From an uncultured Chthonomonadaceae bacterium (GTDB taxonomy: Bacteria; Armatimonadota; Chthonomonadetes; Chthonomonadales; Chthonomonadaceae), in NCBI GenBank assembly GCA_963835065.1, contig CAWIEK010000022.1, positions 1 through 64,000 on the forward strand: 64,000 bases of DNA. Reading direction: 5' to 3'. Each line of letters opens with the position of its first letter. Position 1 is the first letter of the stretch. The notes below the pieces were generated by a model. The model did not search any database. It saw only the letters and a program-made list of their open reading frames with translations, and was not told the DNA's origin. This document shows, piece after piece, positions 28,648-39,514 of the stretch. Made by a program: the position numbers and the translations under genes.

Positions 28648-30453
28648 TCATGGAGAGGGTTTGGTCAGCACAGGGGAAGCGTCCAACTCTGCATCCGGCA
28701 CGTCGGCGTAGATTGAATCGGCGTCCTGCCCGGTCAGCATTTGCCATTGGCGGAACGTAATGTCCGGGTAATTGTCCAAATAGTTGTTGAACAGCATCGT
28801 GCTGAAAAACGCCTTGCCGTCGGCAGGGTCGTTTGCTCCCTTACGCCGAAACCAGCGATTTTTGCCGGACTTTACCGTAGATACGAACGTCTGCTTGGCG
28901 AAGCGCGATGTGGCTTCCTTACCCTCTAAAAACAACTCGGAATCGGGACGATTGGCAATCAGCGTCGAGCCGGAGATATGGAAACCGGTAAACGTGTCCG
29001 GCTCGTCCGTTTCTACCGTATCTTTGCCGCCCTCGTCATTGCGCAGATCGGAATGGAAACACAGCAGTGCGGCGTCTTCCCCCCACATCGGCCCTTTGTA
29101 ACTGCCGTATAAAACGCAGTTTTCAATGCTGATGTTTTGCGCATTGTACGCCATGATAGCGGCTCCACGATTGTTCTTCAGCAGGCTGTTCTTTATCGTC
29201 AGCGGTCCATGCGTCATTTCACTCATAATCCCGCCGTGCTGATTTCCCGCGAACAAACACCGCTCGAATGTGAAATCGCGCCCGCCATAATCACACCAGA
29301 AGCCCAGGCAATTGTTGTCCACGAACTTGCAGCGCGCGAATGTCAGCCCGGTGGACAGGTAGGGAACGCCAAAGTAGCCGCCCTCGAATGTTTTATAACC
29401 TGCCGCGTCATGTCCGTACATAATCGCGCCGAACCGCCAGTTGTTGCGGCTGAACTCGCAATCCTCGAAGCGCCAGTTGCGGAACACGCTGCTGCCCGCG
29501 CCCCGTTCGCCGTTGTCATTGCAACGTACGCGACGCGCAATCAGATTGGTCACGAAACCCGCTCCAAACCCTACGCTGTTGTTTTGCGTCATAACGCAGT
29601 CTTCCACCAGTATATCGGTTGGAAAGTTTTTTGGATCGCGCGAACTGCCCTGAATAGACAGCGCGGGGCTGGCATTCCAATAATTTGCCGAGTGCTGAAA
29701 CACCAGCCCTTTAATTTGAAAATTGCTGTGGTCTTTTACGGCAAACAGGGACTTGCCATCGCTATAGTGCCCGCCCGCCGGGAACGCGCCCCGAACCGCC
29801 ACTTCAATCCTGGCCGTCGCCATATCCGTGTTGACAGGCGGAACCAGCGTCAGCCTGCCATTGTTCGCCGTGTTATCCACGACGTGAAACTTGCCCGGTC
29901 CTAATTCCGCGAGGCTGAGAACCTGCTGCATCCGCGCGCCATTGATCCAGATGTTTTCGCGCCGGCGTTCCAGGATATGTACGTTGAAATCTATGCCAAA
30001 GAAACCGGTGGGACCGACGCCCCAGTTGTTCGGCCACTCATGCATGTAGCGTTGGCCTGATTTTTGCCAGCCGGTGAACACATCGGAGCCGGAAATCACG
30101 GCTTTGCCAATGTTCTGCGCCTGCACAATCAGCAGATTTGTTCCGGCTCCCACAGCCACATATTCACGGTAACTGCCATCCGCAAGCACAATGCGCGTAT
30201 TTTTGCCTGCCGCCGCATCAATCGCTTTTTGAATGGTCCGCAGCGGCTTGTCGCGCCGGCTTCCCGAATCGGCGTCACTGCCGCCAGGCGCAACAAACAA
30301 TGTTTGCTCGACACCTTCTGCCTCTGAAGCGCGCAGATCCGCCAGGAGGGGCGCAGAACCAACGCGGTTCGGAACCGATACTATCAGTGCGGCAGAAAAC
30401 GCGCCTGCCGCCAGTATACCTATCGTTCTCAGCCTTTGTAACAAGCGTGTCAT
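28648..30453 (-). CDS. Secreted right-handed parallel beta-helix protein (pectin lyase-like fold)
   Basis: Signal peptide; FVAPGGSDADSGSRRDKPLRTIQKA and GSYRE; repeated units such as FEDCEFSRNN and FERCLFAGN. Confidence 0.85.
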   Translation of the reverse strand: MTRLLQRLRTIGILAAGAFSAALIVSVPNRVGSAPLLADLRASEAEGVEQTLFVAPGGSDADSGSRRDKPLRTIQKAIDAAAGKNTRIVLADGSYREYVAVGAGTNLLIVQAQNIGKAVISGSDVFTGWQKSGQRYMHEWPNNWGVGPTGFFGIDFNVHILERRRENIWINGARMQQVLSLAELGPGKFHVVDNTANNGRLTLVPPVNTDMATARIEVAVRGAFPAGGHYSDGKSLFAVKDHSNFQIKGLVFQHSANYWNASPALSIQGSSRDPKNFPTDILVEDCVMTQNNSVGFGAGFVTNLIARRVRCNDNGERGAGSSVFRNWRFEDCEFSRNNWRFGAIMYGHDAAGYKTFEGGYFGVPYLSTGLTFARCKFVDNNCLGFWCDYGGRDFTFERCLFAGNQHGGIMSEMTHGPLTIKNSLLKNNRGAAIMAYNAQNISIENCVLYGSYKGPMWGEDAALLCFHSDLRNDEGGKDTVETDEPDTFTGFHISGSTLIANRPDSELFLEGKEATSRFAKQTFVSTVKSGKNRWFRRKGANDPADGKAFFSTMLFNNYLDNYPDITFRQWQMLTGQDADSIYADVPDAELDASPVLTKPSP

Positions 30454-30664
30454 GGACTGCTCCTTCTTGTGGTGTTTCTTTGTCATTTCGAGTTCCTGCC
30501 ACCGCAAACGTTCGCTTTAGCAGCAAAGTTCATGGGCGAATTCGGTTCGCGTCAAACTCTCAGCCGCTTTGTTCAGTATACAAACTGGAAAGTTAAATTT
30601 CAATGCAGTAAACCGGCACATTTGTATAGAATGTCACGATCATGGGAAGCAGGGATACAGGGTT

Positions 30665-31504
30665 ATGAACAAAGTTATGAACAATAAGCGGGACAATGCG
30701 CGGATACAAGATCGCTGCGAAGCGCGCCTGTTTGAAGCGCGCGCCATGTGGCTCGACGTATGGCGTTACGATGGCTTGGAGGATACGTATTGGCGCTTCT
30801 ATCGTAATGACCGCTCAGGGGCCAGCCTGGAGTTGGAGGGTCGCGCGCTTGCTTTGGAGGCGGGGCGCTGCTACTTTGTGCCGGCGGGAGTGCGTTTTAA
30901 TGCCCGCCTGACGCAGCCTGTAGAACATCTTTATTTTCATTTCGTCCCCACAGGTTTGCCGCCGCTCCTGCTGCGCCGCTTGTTTAGCGGCGTGATTTCC
31001 ATTCCATGCACAGAATGGCTGAAGCTGGCCGTTGACGCGCTTGCGGCCAGCCTGCGCAAGGAAGCCCCCATCAGCCTGCCGCAGCAGTATCAAATAAAGG
31101 CCATTCTCTGCCAGAGCATGGCGCTGGTATTCGAGGCTATGCCACCCGAACAAGCGCTTCTCGTCGAACAGTCTTTGTCGGCGCTGGAGCCGATTGCCGC
31201 CGCGCTCCAGGCCATTGAGAACAACCTTGCGAGCGATCTTTCCAATGCGCAACTGGCGAACTGTTGCGGGTGCAGCGCCAATCACTTCCTGCGCCGCTTT
31301 CGAGAGTGTGTCGGGCAAACACCGGCGCAGTACGTGCTGGAACGGCGCATCACCTTTGCCGCGCAATCCCTCGCCTTTACAGATGCCAGCATTGACCAGA
31401 TAGCGGCGCGTTCCGGCTTCAGCAACCGTTTCTATTTTTCGCGCGTATTTACGCAACATCGCGGTATTTCCCCCGCTGCCTACCGCAAACTGTCACGGCA
31501 ATGA
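30665..31504 (+). CDS. AraC-family transcriptional regulator
   Basis: HFLRRFRECVGQTP and IAARSGFSNRFYFSRVF...GISPAAYR. Confidence 0.92.
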   Translation: MNKVMNNKRDNARIQDRCEARLFEARAMWLDVWRYDGLEDTYWRFYRNDRSGASLELEGRALALEAGRCYFVPAGVRFNARLTQPVEHLYFHFVPTGLPPLLLRRLFSGVISIPCTEWLKLAVDALAASLRKEAPISLPQQYQIKAILCQSMALVFEAMPPEQALLVEQSLSALEPIAAALQAIENNLASDLSNAQLANCCGCSANHFLRRFRECVGQTPAQYVLERRITFAAQSLAFTDASIDQIAARSGFSNRFYFSRVFTQHRGISPAAYRKLSRQ

Positions 31505-31730
31505 TGGAACATTCCTGCCCGCGCTTGGCTGTACGCAGCGTTGCTGCCGCTTTTTCTCATTTCTAATCCTTGTTCCCCGTGTTTTGCGCAGGAGTTACGG
31601 CGCGAATGTCGAATGTATGCAGGGTAATGGCAATACTCCCGTTATCCTCCCGGCAAGAACAAAATCAAACTGTTATCCGCATACTTTTTGCAGCACAAAC
31701 ACATTCGTGGACAACTGAGGAGAAACGTCA

Positions 31731-32897
31731 ATGGCAAAGAAGCAAGTCAACGTCGCCTTGATCGGCTATCAATTCATGGGCAAGGCGCACAGCAATGCGT
31801 ACCGGCAGGTCGGCAGGTTCTTCGATCTGCCCGTAGACCCCGTGATGAAAGTGCTGGTCGGACGCAGCGAACACAAAGTAAAAGCCGCCGCGGAGCATTT
31901 CGGATGGCAGGAATACGCGACCAATTGGGAAGACGTGATCAACCGTGACGATATTGACCTGATTGACATCGGGACGCCCAACGACAGCCACGCCCTGATT
32001 TCGCAGGCCGCGCTCAAAGCAGGCAAGCACGTGCTGTGCGAAAAGCCGCTTGCCACCACTCTTGACGACGCCCGCGCTTCCTACCAACTGGCGCAGGAAA
32101 CCAAACTCATCAACGGCATCTGCCACAACTACCGCTTCGCGCCCGCCATCGCTTTCGCCCGCCAACTCGTCGCGGACGGCAAACTCGGTCAAATCCGGCA
32201 TTTCCGGGGCACGTATTTGCAGGACTGGATCATTGACCCCGCCGTTCCGCTTGTGTGGCGATTGGACAAGAGCATCGCGGGCAGCGGTTCGCACGGCGAC
32301 CTGAACGCGCACTTGATTGATACCGCCCGGTGGGTGATGGGAACCGAGTTCGCGGATGTGTGCGGCATGAGCGAAACCTACATCAAGAAACGCCCTCTGC
32401 TGGCGGACACGGAAGGCGGCTTGTCAGGTTTCAAGTCGTCCGAAGAAATGGGCGACGTGACCGTTGATGACATAACCGCTTTCCTTGCCCGCTTTGAAAA
32501 CGGCGCGACGGGAACATTCGAGGCTACGCGATTGGCTCCGGGCCGCAAAAACTACAATCGCTGGGAAATCAACGGCGAAAAGGGTTCCATCGCCTTCAAT
32601 CTGGAGCGCATGAACGAGATCGAAGTGTACCTGACCGACGACCCGCAGGGCTTGCAGGGCTTCCACACCATTCAGGCGACCGAAAACTTTTTGCCCTACA
32701 TGGACGCTTACTGGCCCGTCGCCCACATCATCGGCTACGAGCATACGTTCGTCAACATGATCAAAGACCTGATGGAAGCCATCGGCAACAACACGCCCTT
32801 CACGCCCGACTTCGCGGACGGCTACCGCAACCAGGCCGTGCTGGACGCGGTGGAAAAATCCGCCGCCAGCCGCCAGTGGAACGCGCCGGAACATTAA
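31731..32897 (+). CDS. Gfo/Idh/MocA oxidoreductase
   Basis: IGYQFMGKAH, GKHVLCEKP and GDLNAHLID. Confidence 0.93.
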   Translation: MAKKQVNVALIGYQFMGKAHSNAYRQVGRFFDLPVDPVMKVLVGRSEHKVKAAAEHFGWQEYATNWEDVINRDDIDLIDIGTPNDSHALISQAALKAGKHVLCEKPLATTLDDARASYQLAQETKLINGICHNYRFAPAIAFARQLVADGKLGQIRHFRGTYLQDWIIDPAVPLVWRLDKSIAGSGSHGDLNAHLIDTARWVMGTEFADVCGMSETYIKKRPLLADTEGGLSGFKSSEEMGDVTVDDITAFLARFENGATGTFEATRLAPGRKNYNRWEINGEKGSIAFNLERMNEIEVYLTDDPQGLQGFHTIQATENFLPYMDAYWPVAHIIGYEHTFVNMIKDLMEAIGNNTPFTPDFADGYRNQAVLDAVEKSAASRQWNAPEH

Positions 32898-32904
32898 GCA
32901 GGAG

Positions 32905-33112
32905 AGTTCACCACCCGCTGCGCTAAGACACAGAGACACAGAGGAAAAGCCAATACGAGAAAAGCAGAGGGAAAGACAAGGAGAGGAAACGGAACCGCAA
33001 AGAGGCAAAGAAGGCAAAGGGGTTTCTCCTCTTCTCCTTTTCTTCTTTTCTCCTTTTCTTCCTCTGTGTTCCCTCTCTGTGTCTCTGTGTCTCTAGCGAA
33101 GCGGGTGGTGAA
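32905..33112. repeat. Long palindromic intergenic element with (CACAGAGA)n arms
   Basis: ttcaccacccgctgcgcta...cacagagacacagag pairs with ctctgtgtctctgtgtc...tagcgaagcgggtggtgaa; a related half-element lies near 12915-12960. Confidence 0.8.
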
Positions 33113-33140
33113 TTTTTCAGCCGGTTAGGAAAGGAAAAGC

Positions 33141-33629
33141 ATGATCTACAGATTACGGCACGATCTCTTTACGTTAGGCCACAAATTCACTATTGAGAAC
33201 GAAGCGGGGCAGGACGTGTACCAGGTTGAAGGTCCCTTCTTCCTCCCCGGCAACGCCCTGTCCTTGCGGGACATGGCAGGCAGGGAACTGGCCTCCATTG
33301 AGCAGAAATTGCTTTCTATGGGCCATACCTACGAGGTACATCGGGACGGACGGCTGGAAGCGGTAATCAAGGAGGCTTTCTTTCATCCCTTCAGCCATCG
33401 CTTCACCGTAGACGAAGAGCGTCCCAATGACCTGATTGCGCAGGGCGATCTCTTCAACCGGGAGTACACCTTCTCGCGCAATGAGCAAACCGTTGCTACG
33501 GTTTCTCATCGTCTGTTTTCCTTCCCCGACATTTACGGTATTGACATCGCAGAGGGCGAGGATGAAATTCTGCTTCTCTGCTGCGCAGTGGTAATCAACC
33601 TTGTGCATAAGCGGCAGCATCACCATTGA
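33141..33629 (+). CDS. LURP-one/scramblase-like (Tubby C-terminal fold) protein
   Basis: FTIENEAGQDVYQVEG, QGDLFNREY and YGIDIAEGED. Confidence 0.85.
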   Translation: MIYRLRHDLFTLGHKFTIENEAGQDVYQVEGPFFLPGNALSLRDMAGRELASIEQKLLSMGHTYEVHRDGRLEAVIKEAFFHPFSHRFTVDEERPNDLIAQGDLFNREYTFSRNEQTVATVSHRLFSFPDIYGIDIAEGEDEILLLCCAVVINLVHKRQHHH

Positions 33630-33638
33630 TAACGTACC

Positions 33639-33697
33639 CGGTAAGTTGTTCCTTCCTAAAATGCGGCGGTAAGTTGTTCCTTCCTAAAATGCGGCGG
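33639..33697. repeat. Perfect 28 bp tandem duplication
   Basis: cggtaagttgttccttcctaaaatgcgg twice, between convergent genes. Confidence 0.85.
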
Positions 33698-33769
33698 GCG
33701 GGCACGGGTTAGAAGCGCGGGCACAACATGTTGTGCCCCTACGAACTCTTATTTGAACGGTATTGCGCT

Positions 33770-36700
33770 TTAGAGGGGACAGATCAGGAAGAAGGGACAG
33801 CGACTGCACTCCTGGCCGGGGTTCGGCGCGAAGCGTTTCTCGCGGATGCCTTTGAGCGCTTCATCGTACTTTGCCACGCGGGCGGGTTCCAGGTGCTTTT
33901 TTTCTTCCACTTCGCGCTGTTCGCCGTCCTGTAGATACCCAAGCACGATTTGTACGGGGAGGTCGGATTGCTGCCGGGCGGCGTGACGGGCAAGAGCAAG
34001 GCGTGGGTTGGTATGGTCCGAGTCGCCGCGCTGCGCCTTGTACGTGGTGAGGCGCCATTGGCCTTCGGCGGTTTCTTCAGCGTGGTCTACGCGCACCTGA
34101 ACCGCGCCATGCGCCAACTGCGCCGTCAGTTCCACGCCCCGCTTTTCTTCCGTTGCGCCCCCGACGTTGTGATGCCCTGCCGCCAGCATCCCCCGCGCTT
34201 TTGCCTGCAAAACCCGCGCATGAGCATTGTCGGGCGCATTGGGGCGCGTGTGCCAGGCTTGACGCAGTTTCTCATTGATATCTTCCGGTGTCGGCGTCCG
34301 GCCTTCCGCGCGTTCGGCTTGCAGCCAGGCAACGGTTTCCTGCAAGGTGTTGTGAAACGTCAGGTACGTGGTGTCCTCGCCACCCTGCGGCAATTTCAAC
34401 ACGCGCTGATAGTAATACTGGCGCGGACAGTTCCGATATTGCTCCACCGCCGAAGCGGAAAGCGTGAGCGGTTCTTCCTGTGGTTCCTCCATTATTGTAC
34501 TGCCGTTTTGCGTCACGTCCTGATTACTCGCCGCTTCCTGTGCCTGCGCTTCCGCCTCTACCCGCGCTTCTATCTCAGGGGAGTTGGAGAACGTGACCAC
34601 ATCGTTTTGCGGTCCTTCCTCTTTTATGTCGTCTTTCCAGTCCACATGCCGCGCGTTGCAGGCTTGCAGCGCGGCCTCGCACGAGGTAAGAAGGGCGCTT
34701 GGCGGTATAGGCTTTCCGTTCCACGTTGCCGGGCGCGACAGCACCAGCACATCCCGCGCCCGTGACAGGGCGACAAAAAACAGACACTCAGCCTCGCTGT
34801 TTTCCTCTTCCGCTTCACTCGGCTCACCCTGTTCCGTGTCTGAATCCGACGCATCCAGCCAGGAAGCGGGCGGCGACACCATACTTCCCATCTTGCCCAA
34901 CGGAAACTGCCCTTTTACTAAATTCGGCAGGTACACAATCGGGAATTCCAGCCCCTTGCTTTTGTGAACGGTCATCAGGCGGACACCATCCAGTTCGGCA
35001 TCGTCGCCCGATACGCGCAGGGCTTTTTCCTGTCCGCAACGCAGCAGAAACCGCAAGTGGTTCAGCAAGGCCGCCTGCTGATTCTCGTCCGCTTCAAACC
35101 GCGCTGCCAACCGCAATGTCACCATCAGCAGTTCATGGACGGCAAGCAATTTCTGCCGCCCCGCAACGGAGGAATCACGGAGCAGTGGCAGGAGGTAATC
35201 GCTCGTCTCAAACAAATACCCTGCCAGAAATGCCCACGCCGTGCCGTGATACAAATACGGTTCGATATGCCGGAATAACTTGAGCAGCGCGTTTTGTCCC
35301 TGCGCGGAAATGTCGGGCAGGTGGGCAGCCAATGTCAGCGCGGCGGGAAAGGTTTTGCGGCGTTCACGGGCGGCTTGCAGCAGCAGGGACACATCCTGCG
35401 CGGGAATATCATACTCGGCAAAACGGGCTACCCGCGCCAGCGCGGTTCCTTCCGGCTCACAGGCCAGCGACAGCAGGGCAAGCAAATCTTTGGTTTCTTC
35501 CCGGTCGAACAAGCCGCTTGCGTGTTGTGTCTCGATGCCGTTCGCGCCGAGCAGTTCGGCAAGGCGGCTTGCCTGCCGGTGCGTGTTGCACAAAATCACT
35601 TGATCGCGCAGTCCCACTCCCGCTTCTTCCGCCTGCCGGATATGCGCGGCCATGCCTGCCGCCTGCGCTTCCTCGTTGTCCGCGACGGCAACGGTCACGG
35701 CAGGCGTACCGGGCGCGTCTTGGGTTGCGGAAGGATCGGAGCGGTGTGGCTGCCAGTCGGCAAACGTCGCCGTCGCGCCTGCCATCGTGCCGGCATACGC
35801 GCCGAACATCGCCACGAGCGCAGGCCGCGAACGATAATTGCGCTCCAGTTGAATGCGCTGCCCACCCGGAAAATCCTCATCGAACTTGCGCACGTTTGCC
35901 GACGACGCGCCCCGAAAACGATAGATCGCCTGCCGCAAATCCCCTACCGCCCACAAACCGCGCCCATTCCCCGCCAATCGCTGCACCAGTTGAGCGCTCG
36001 CGCGGTTGATGTCCTGATACTCGTCGGCCAGAATATGCGGGTACTGCGCCTGCCACCGCGCCTTTACGTCCGGGCACGTATCCAGCAGTTCCACGCTGCG
36101 CATGATCAGGTCGCCAAAGTCGAGTTTGCCTTCTGCCTTTAGAAGCTTTTGATAGACGGCGTAAACATGCGCCACTTCCTGCGACTTTTCCGCGATTTCA
36201 AGGTGCTTTTCCACGTCCGCCTTTTTGGTGTAGCGCGATACGTCAGCAAGCTGCCGCTGCGCGACTAAGGCGTACTCCTGCGGCGTTTTCAGTTCATCCT
36301 TGGCGCGGGAAATACAGTCAAGAATGTCCGGGAACGGCAGAATGGGGAAGCTGAGGTACTCCAGGCGGCGCAGAGTCAGCCTGTCCATGTTGTCTTGCAG
36401 CAGTTTGATGGCGTCCGGCATGTCCAGCAGGTCGGGCGCGGCGGGAAGGCCAATGCGCGTACCCTCCTTGCGCAGCAGTTCCCTGCCGAACGCATGAAAC
36501 GTGCCGATCCAAACCCGGTCCGCCAGGTCGCCCACTTCGCCCCTGAGCCGAGTGTGCATTTCTTCCGCCGCTTTGTTGGAAAACGTCAGGGCAAGAATGT
36601 TTTCCGGCGCAACGCCCCGTTCCGTCAGCAGAAACAAAATCCGCGCAATCAGCGTCCGCGTTTTGCCCGTTCCCGGCCCCGCGTCCACCAGCACCGGCCC

Positions 36701-37469
36701 GTATTCGATATGGGCGGCGGCGCGTTGGCTGTCGTCGAGTTGAGGGTTGAGAGGAAAAGACAATGATGAGTGATGAGTGATGAGTGATGAATGGGAATTC
36801 AATTCATCACTCATCATTCCGCGTTCAGCATTGTCTTCTCCCCCTCTCCCCCTCTCCCCCTTTCCTTTTCTATTCCCCGTTCCCTGTCCCCTGTTCCCTA
36901 ACAAGAGCGCGCTTGCCAGTTGCGTGAGGACGCAGGAGAGGGACAGGCCGGAGTGGGCGGCGAAGCGGCTTGCTTTCCAGCGGTGTTCCAGAAACAGCTG
37001 ACGGAGAACGGGGCCGGGGAGCAGCAATTCCGCCGCGAACAGGTTGGCTTCGGATTCGCGGCGCTCCTTGCGGCTGTAGCCTTCGGCAAGCTGGGAGTTG
37101 GGCAGGCGGAATCCGGGCGCGGCGAAAGCGTCGGGGGTGTCTTCGGCAAAGCACTGGTCGTGGCCGATTTCGGGGTGAAGCCAGATAGTGCGCGAACTCA
37201 TGCGCCTGCGCAAACAACTGCCGCTCGCGCCGAACGGACGCGCCGCCCGCGTACCAGATGCCGGGTATGTCGCGGTCCAGCACGGCATGAGCGCCCGCCA
37301 GCAGGCCGTCACCCGGCGGCACGGATATTCGCGTTACATCCGTCGCTTCCTGCGCGGCTTCCAAAAGCATTTCGGCAGGCGGCAGCAAAGGCGCGTCTTC
37401 CGGGAGGAAGGCGCGCAATTGCAAATGCTGTTCGTAAGCGCGGCGGCGCAGGGCGTTCCAATCGGGCAT
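33770..37469 (-). CDS. Fusion of IrrE/ImmA-like metallopeptidase, UvrD/REP helicase and PD-(D/E)XK-like domain with Fe-S cysteines; frameshift near 37185
   Basis: N-terminus: RERQLFAQAHEFAH and ESEANLFAAELLLP. Helicase: AGPGTGKT, LTFSNKAA, ADEYQD, VGDLRQAIYRFRGA, NYRS, MTVHKSKGLEF, FVALSRA. C-terminus: LSASAVEQYRNCPRQY...CSRCPFFLIC. Confidence 0.9.
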
Positions 37470-37539
37470 GGCAGTCCTAAACAACTTTTCACGCGAAGAT
37501 AGTATAGTTTACCCGAACGGACGCGCGTTTGTTTTGGGG

Positions 37540-38196
37540 CTACGGTTGTTCCAGCCAGAACTGTTTTTGTTCCGCGTTCATGTCGGTGCAGGCGCGAACC
37601 GCCGCGTCGAAATCTTCCGCCTGACCAGCTTGCGGGACGCCATCCGATTTGTAACTGGCTCCCATTGCCAGCGTACTTGGACGCGCAAGATAAGCGCGTA
37701 CCTGCTCCGTGCCCGTATCGAGCGCCTGCGCCAGCCGATTGACCAATTCCTCCGGTATGGTGGACAGCCTAATCAACCGCTGTTGCAACTTGGCGACAAG
37801 AGGCAGCCCGACGCCGATTTGGGACGCCAGCGTTTTGGGCGTCAAGCCCTGCGCTTTGGCCGCTTGAATCAAATCTTCAAGAGCGGGGACGGGCGCGGGT
37901 TCCAGAGCGGCAAAATAGCGCGTCCGCATTTCAGCCACGACGCTGCGCCCGATTGCCAGCGTATGCGCTTCGCCTGCCGCATCCGGCGTCGCGGTTTCCA
38001 GGGCGCACTCCAGCGTGGGCGCGTCTGCCGCCCATCCGATGAGTTCGTCGGCAAACTGCGGGTAGCGGTTCAGCCAGGCGCGCAGGGATTGCGGCGTGGC
38101 GCTTTGCCGATCCTCGCTCCAGTCGGCAAACAAAATATCTATAGCGTTCTGCTGCCGCTCCATGTCGGCTTGATTATTTTGGTTCATCAGGATCAC
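37540..38196 (-). CDS. Hypothetical protein with a helical N-terminus and central HTH-like segment (candidate anti-sigma/repressor)
   Basis: LRAWLNRYPQFADEL, then AAKAQGLTPKTLASQIGVGLPLVAKL...LVNRLAQAL; lies between the sigma and peptidase-helicase genes. Confidence 0.7.
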   Translation of the reverse strand: MILMNQNNQADMERQQNAIDILFADWSEDRQSATPQSLRAWLNRYPQFADELIGWAADAPTLECALETATPDAAGEAHTLAIGRSVVAEMRTRYFAALEPAPVPALEDLIQAAKAQGLTPKTLASQIGVGLPLVAKLQQRLIRLSTIPEELVNRLAQALDTGTEQVRAYLARPSTLAMGASYKSDGVPQAGQAEDFDAAVRACTDMNAEQKQFWLEQP

Positions 38197-38494
38197 CCAT
38201 TGTCTTGCGAAAGACTACAAAAGAAAGGATTGTAGAGCCGCCTGCGCGGTGTATACCCAGGCTACTAGCCCGCGCGAAACCAAACCGGAAAGCAAAATTA
38301 AGAAACAGCTAAAAATAAAACCGCAAAGAAGCAAAGGAAGCAAAGAAAAAGCACACAAGAGAAGATATACCCACCTGGTAAACACTGATGAAATCGAAGC
38401 AAGAAAGTTTTATTGCGGTATTTGTAACTCGTCTGTAGGCGTTTTTCTTCTCTTCGCCTCTTTGCGTTCTTTGCTTCTTTGCGGTTCACTCCCC

Positions 38495-39265
38495 TCAATG
38501 CGTTTTCTCGGCTCGCCATTCTTCCAGGCGTTTTTGGGCGCGGGACAGGAGGTTGCGGACGGTGCGGTCTGTGACCTGCAGGGTTTCGGCGATCTGTTCC
38601 TGCGACCAGTCTTCGTAATGGTACAGGATAAAGGCTTTGCGTTCCGTATCGGGCAGGACGCGCAGGGCTTCGCGCACTTCCACGCGCTCGTGGGCGGACA
38701 GGCTTTCACTGTCGGCGGTACGCTCGAAGTAATCCGTCGTGTGGCCTTCCTCGTCTTCGATGGGCGGGGGCGCGAACTCGGCCTGCGCCATGCCGCGATA
38801 CTTTTGCACGATGTTGAGCAGCCGCCGTTTCAGGCACAGCCAGAAGCGCACTTCCCAGAACTCGCAGCCCCGGCTGTCATTGAACAGGTCTTGCAGCATC
38901 TGTACCTGTATGTCGCGCTTGCAGTCGTCCACATGCTGCGGCGACAGTTTCCAGCAGCTGACGTGCTGGTGAATAAAGCGGGCGCTGCGCTCGATAAGCA
39001 AGTCGGCGATCTGCCAGGCGTTTTCCTTGTCGGCGCGCTGCGAACTGCGCTGCCAGATGCGCAGCATACAGACAAGGGTTTCTTCCTGTACCCACTCCGG
39101 CGCTTTGCGATCCGGCAGGCGGGCATCGCGCCAAAAAACGCTTTGGGGCGCGCGCAGCAGGCGCTGTACCTGCGCTTCCACTTGCGGTTCGCGCGTTCGG
39201 CCTTCGGTTTGGAACCCGGCAAGCGCGTTCGGGGGGCTTGCTGTGGGCAATGTCTGCTCGGACAT
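38495..39265 (-). CDS. Sigma-70 family ECF-like sigma factor with an N-terminal extension
   Basis: Region 4: ALRVLPDTERKAFILYHYEDWSQEQIAETLQVTDRTVRNLLSRAQKRL; divergent region 2. Confidence 0.85.
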   Translation of the reverse strand: MSEQTLPTASPPNALAGFQTEGRTREPQVEAQVQRLLRAPQSVFWRDARLPDRKAPEWVQEETLVCMLRIWQRSSQRADKENAWQIADLLIERSARFIHQHVSCWKLSPQHVDDCKRDIQVQMLQDLFNDSRGCEFWEVRFWLCLKRRLLNIVQKYRGMAQAEFAPPPIEDEEGHTTDYFERTADSESLSAHERVEVREALRVLPDTERKAFILYHYEDWSQEQIAETLQVTDRTVRNLLSRAQKRLEEWRAEKTH

Positions 39266-39514
39266 GATTGACTCCGCCGGATGTTGAAAATTTGTCTTTT
39301 CGTCGGCTATCTGGGATAATAGACTATAGCAAAGCTGCGTTCGCGCCGTCGAATGGGAAGGAATTTGCAGGGTTATTGTACCCTGCGCGGCGCGGTTTTA
39401 GTTGATTTTTGTGCGCGTATTTTTTGTTTTTCCGGTTTTTGGTTCCGGCCTGTAGTTCGTTAATTGTGGGGTGAAATCCTGCCTGATAGTCTGGTGAAAT
39501 CGAGGAACATAACG

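Noticed and set aside
33639..33697. 28 bp repeat as a mini-CRISPR
   Set aside because: The two copies are directly adjacent with no spacer, and there are no cas1/cas2 genes.
33770..34480. Cas4-like C-terminus as evidence of CRISPR-Cas
   Set aside because: It is the AddB-like domain fused to a UvrD helicase; there is no array or other cas gene.
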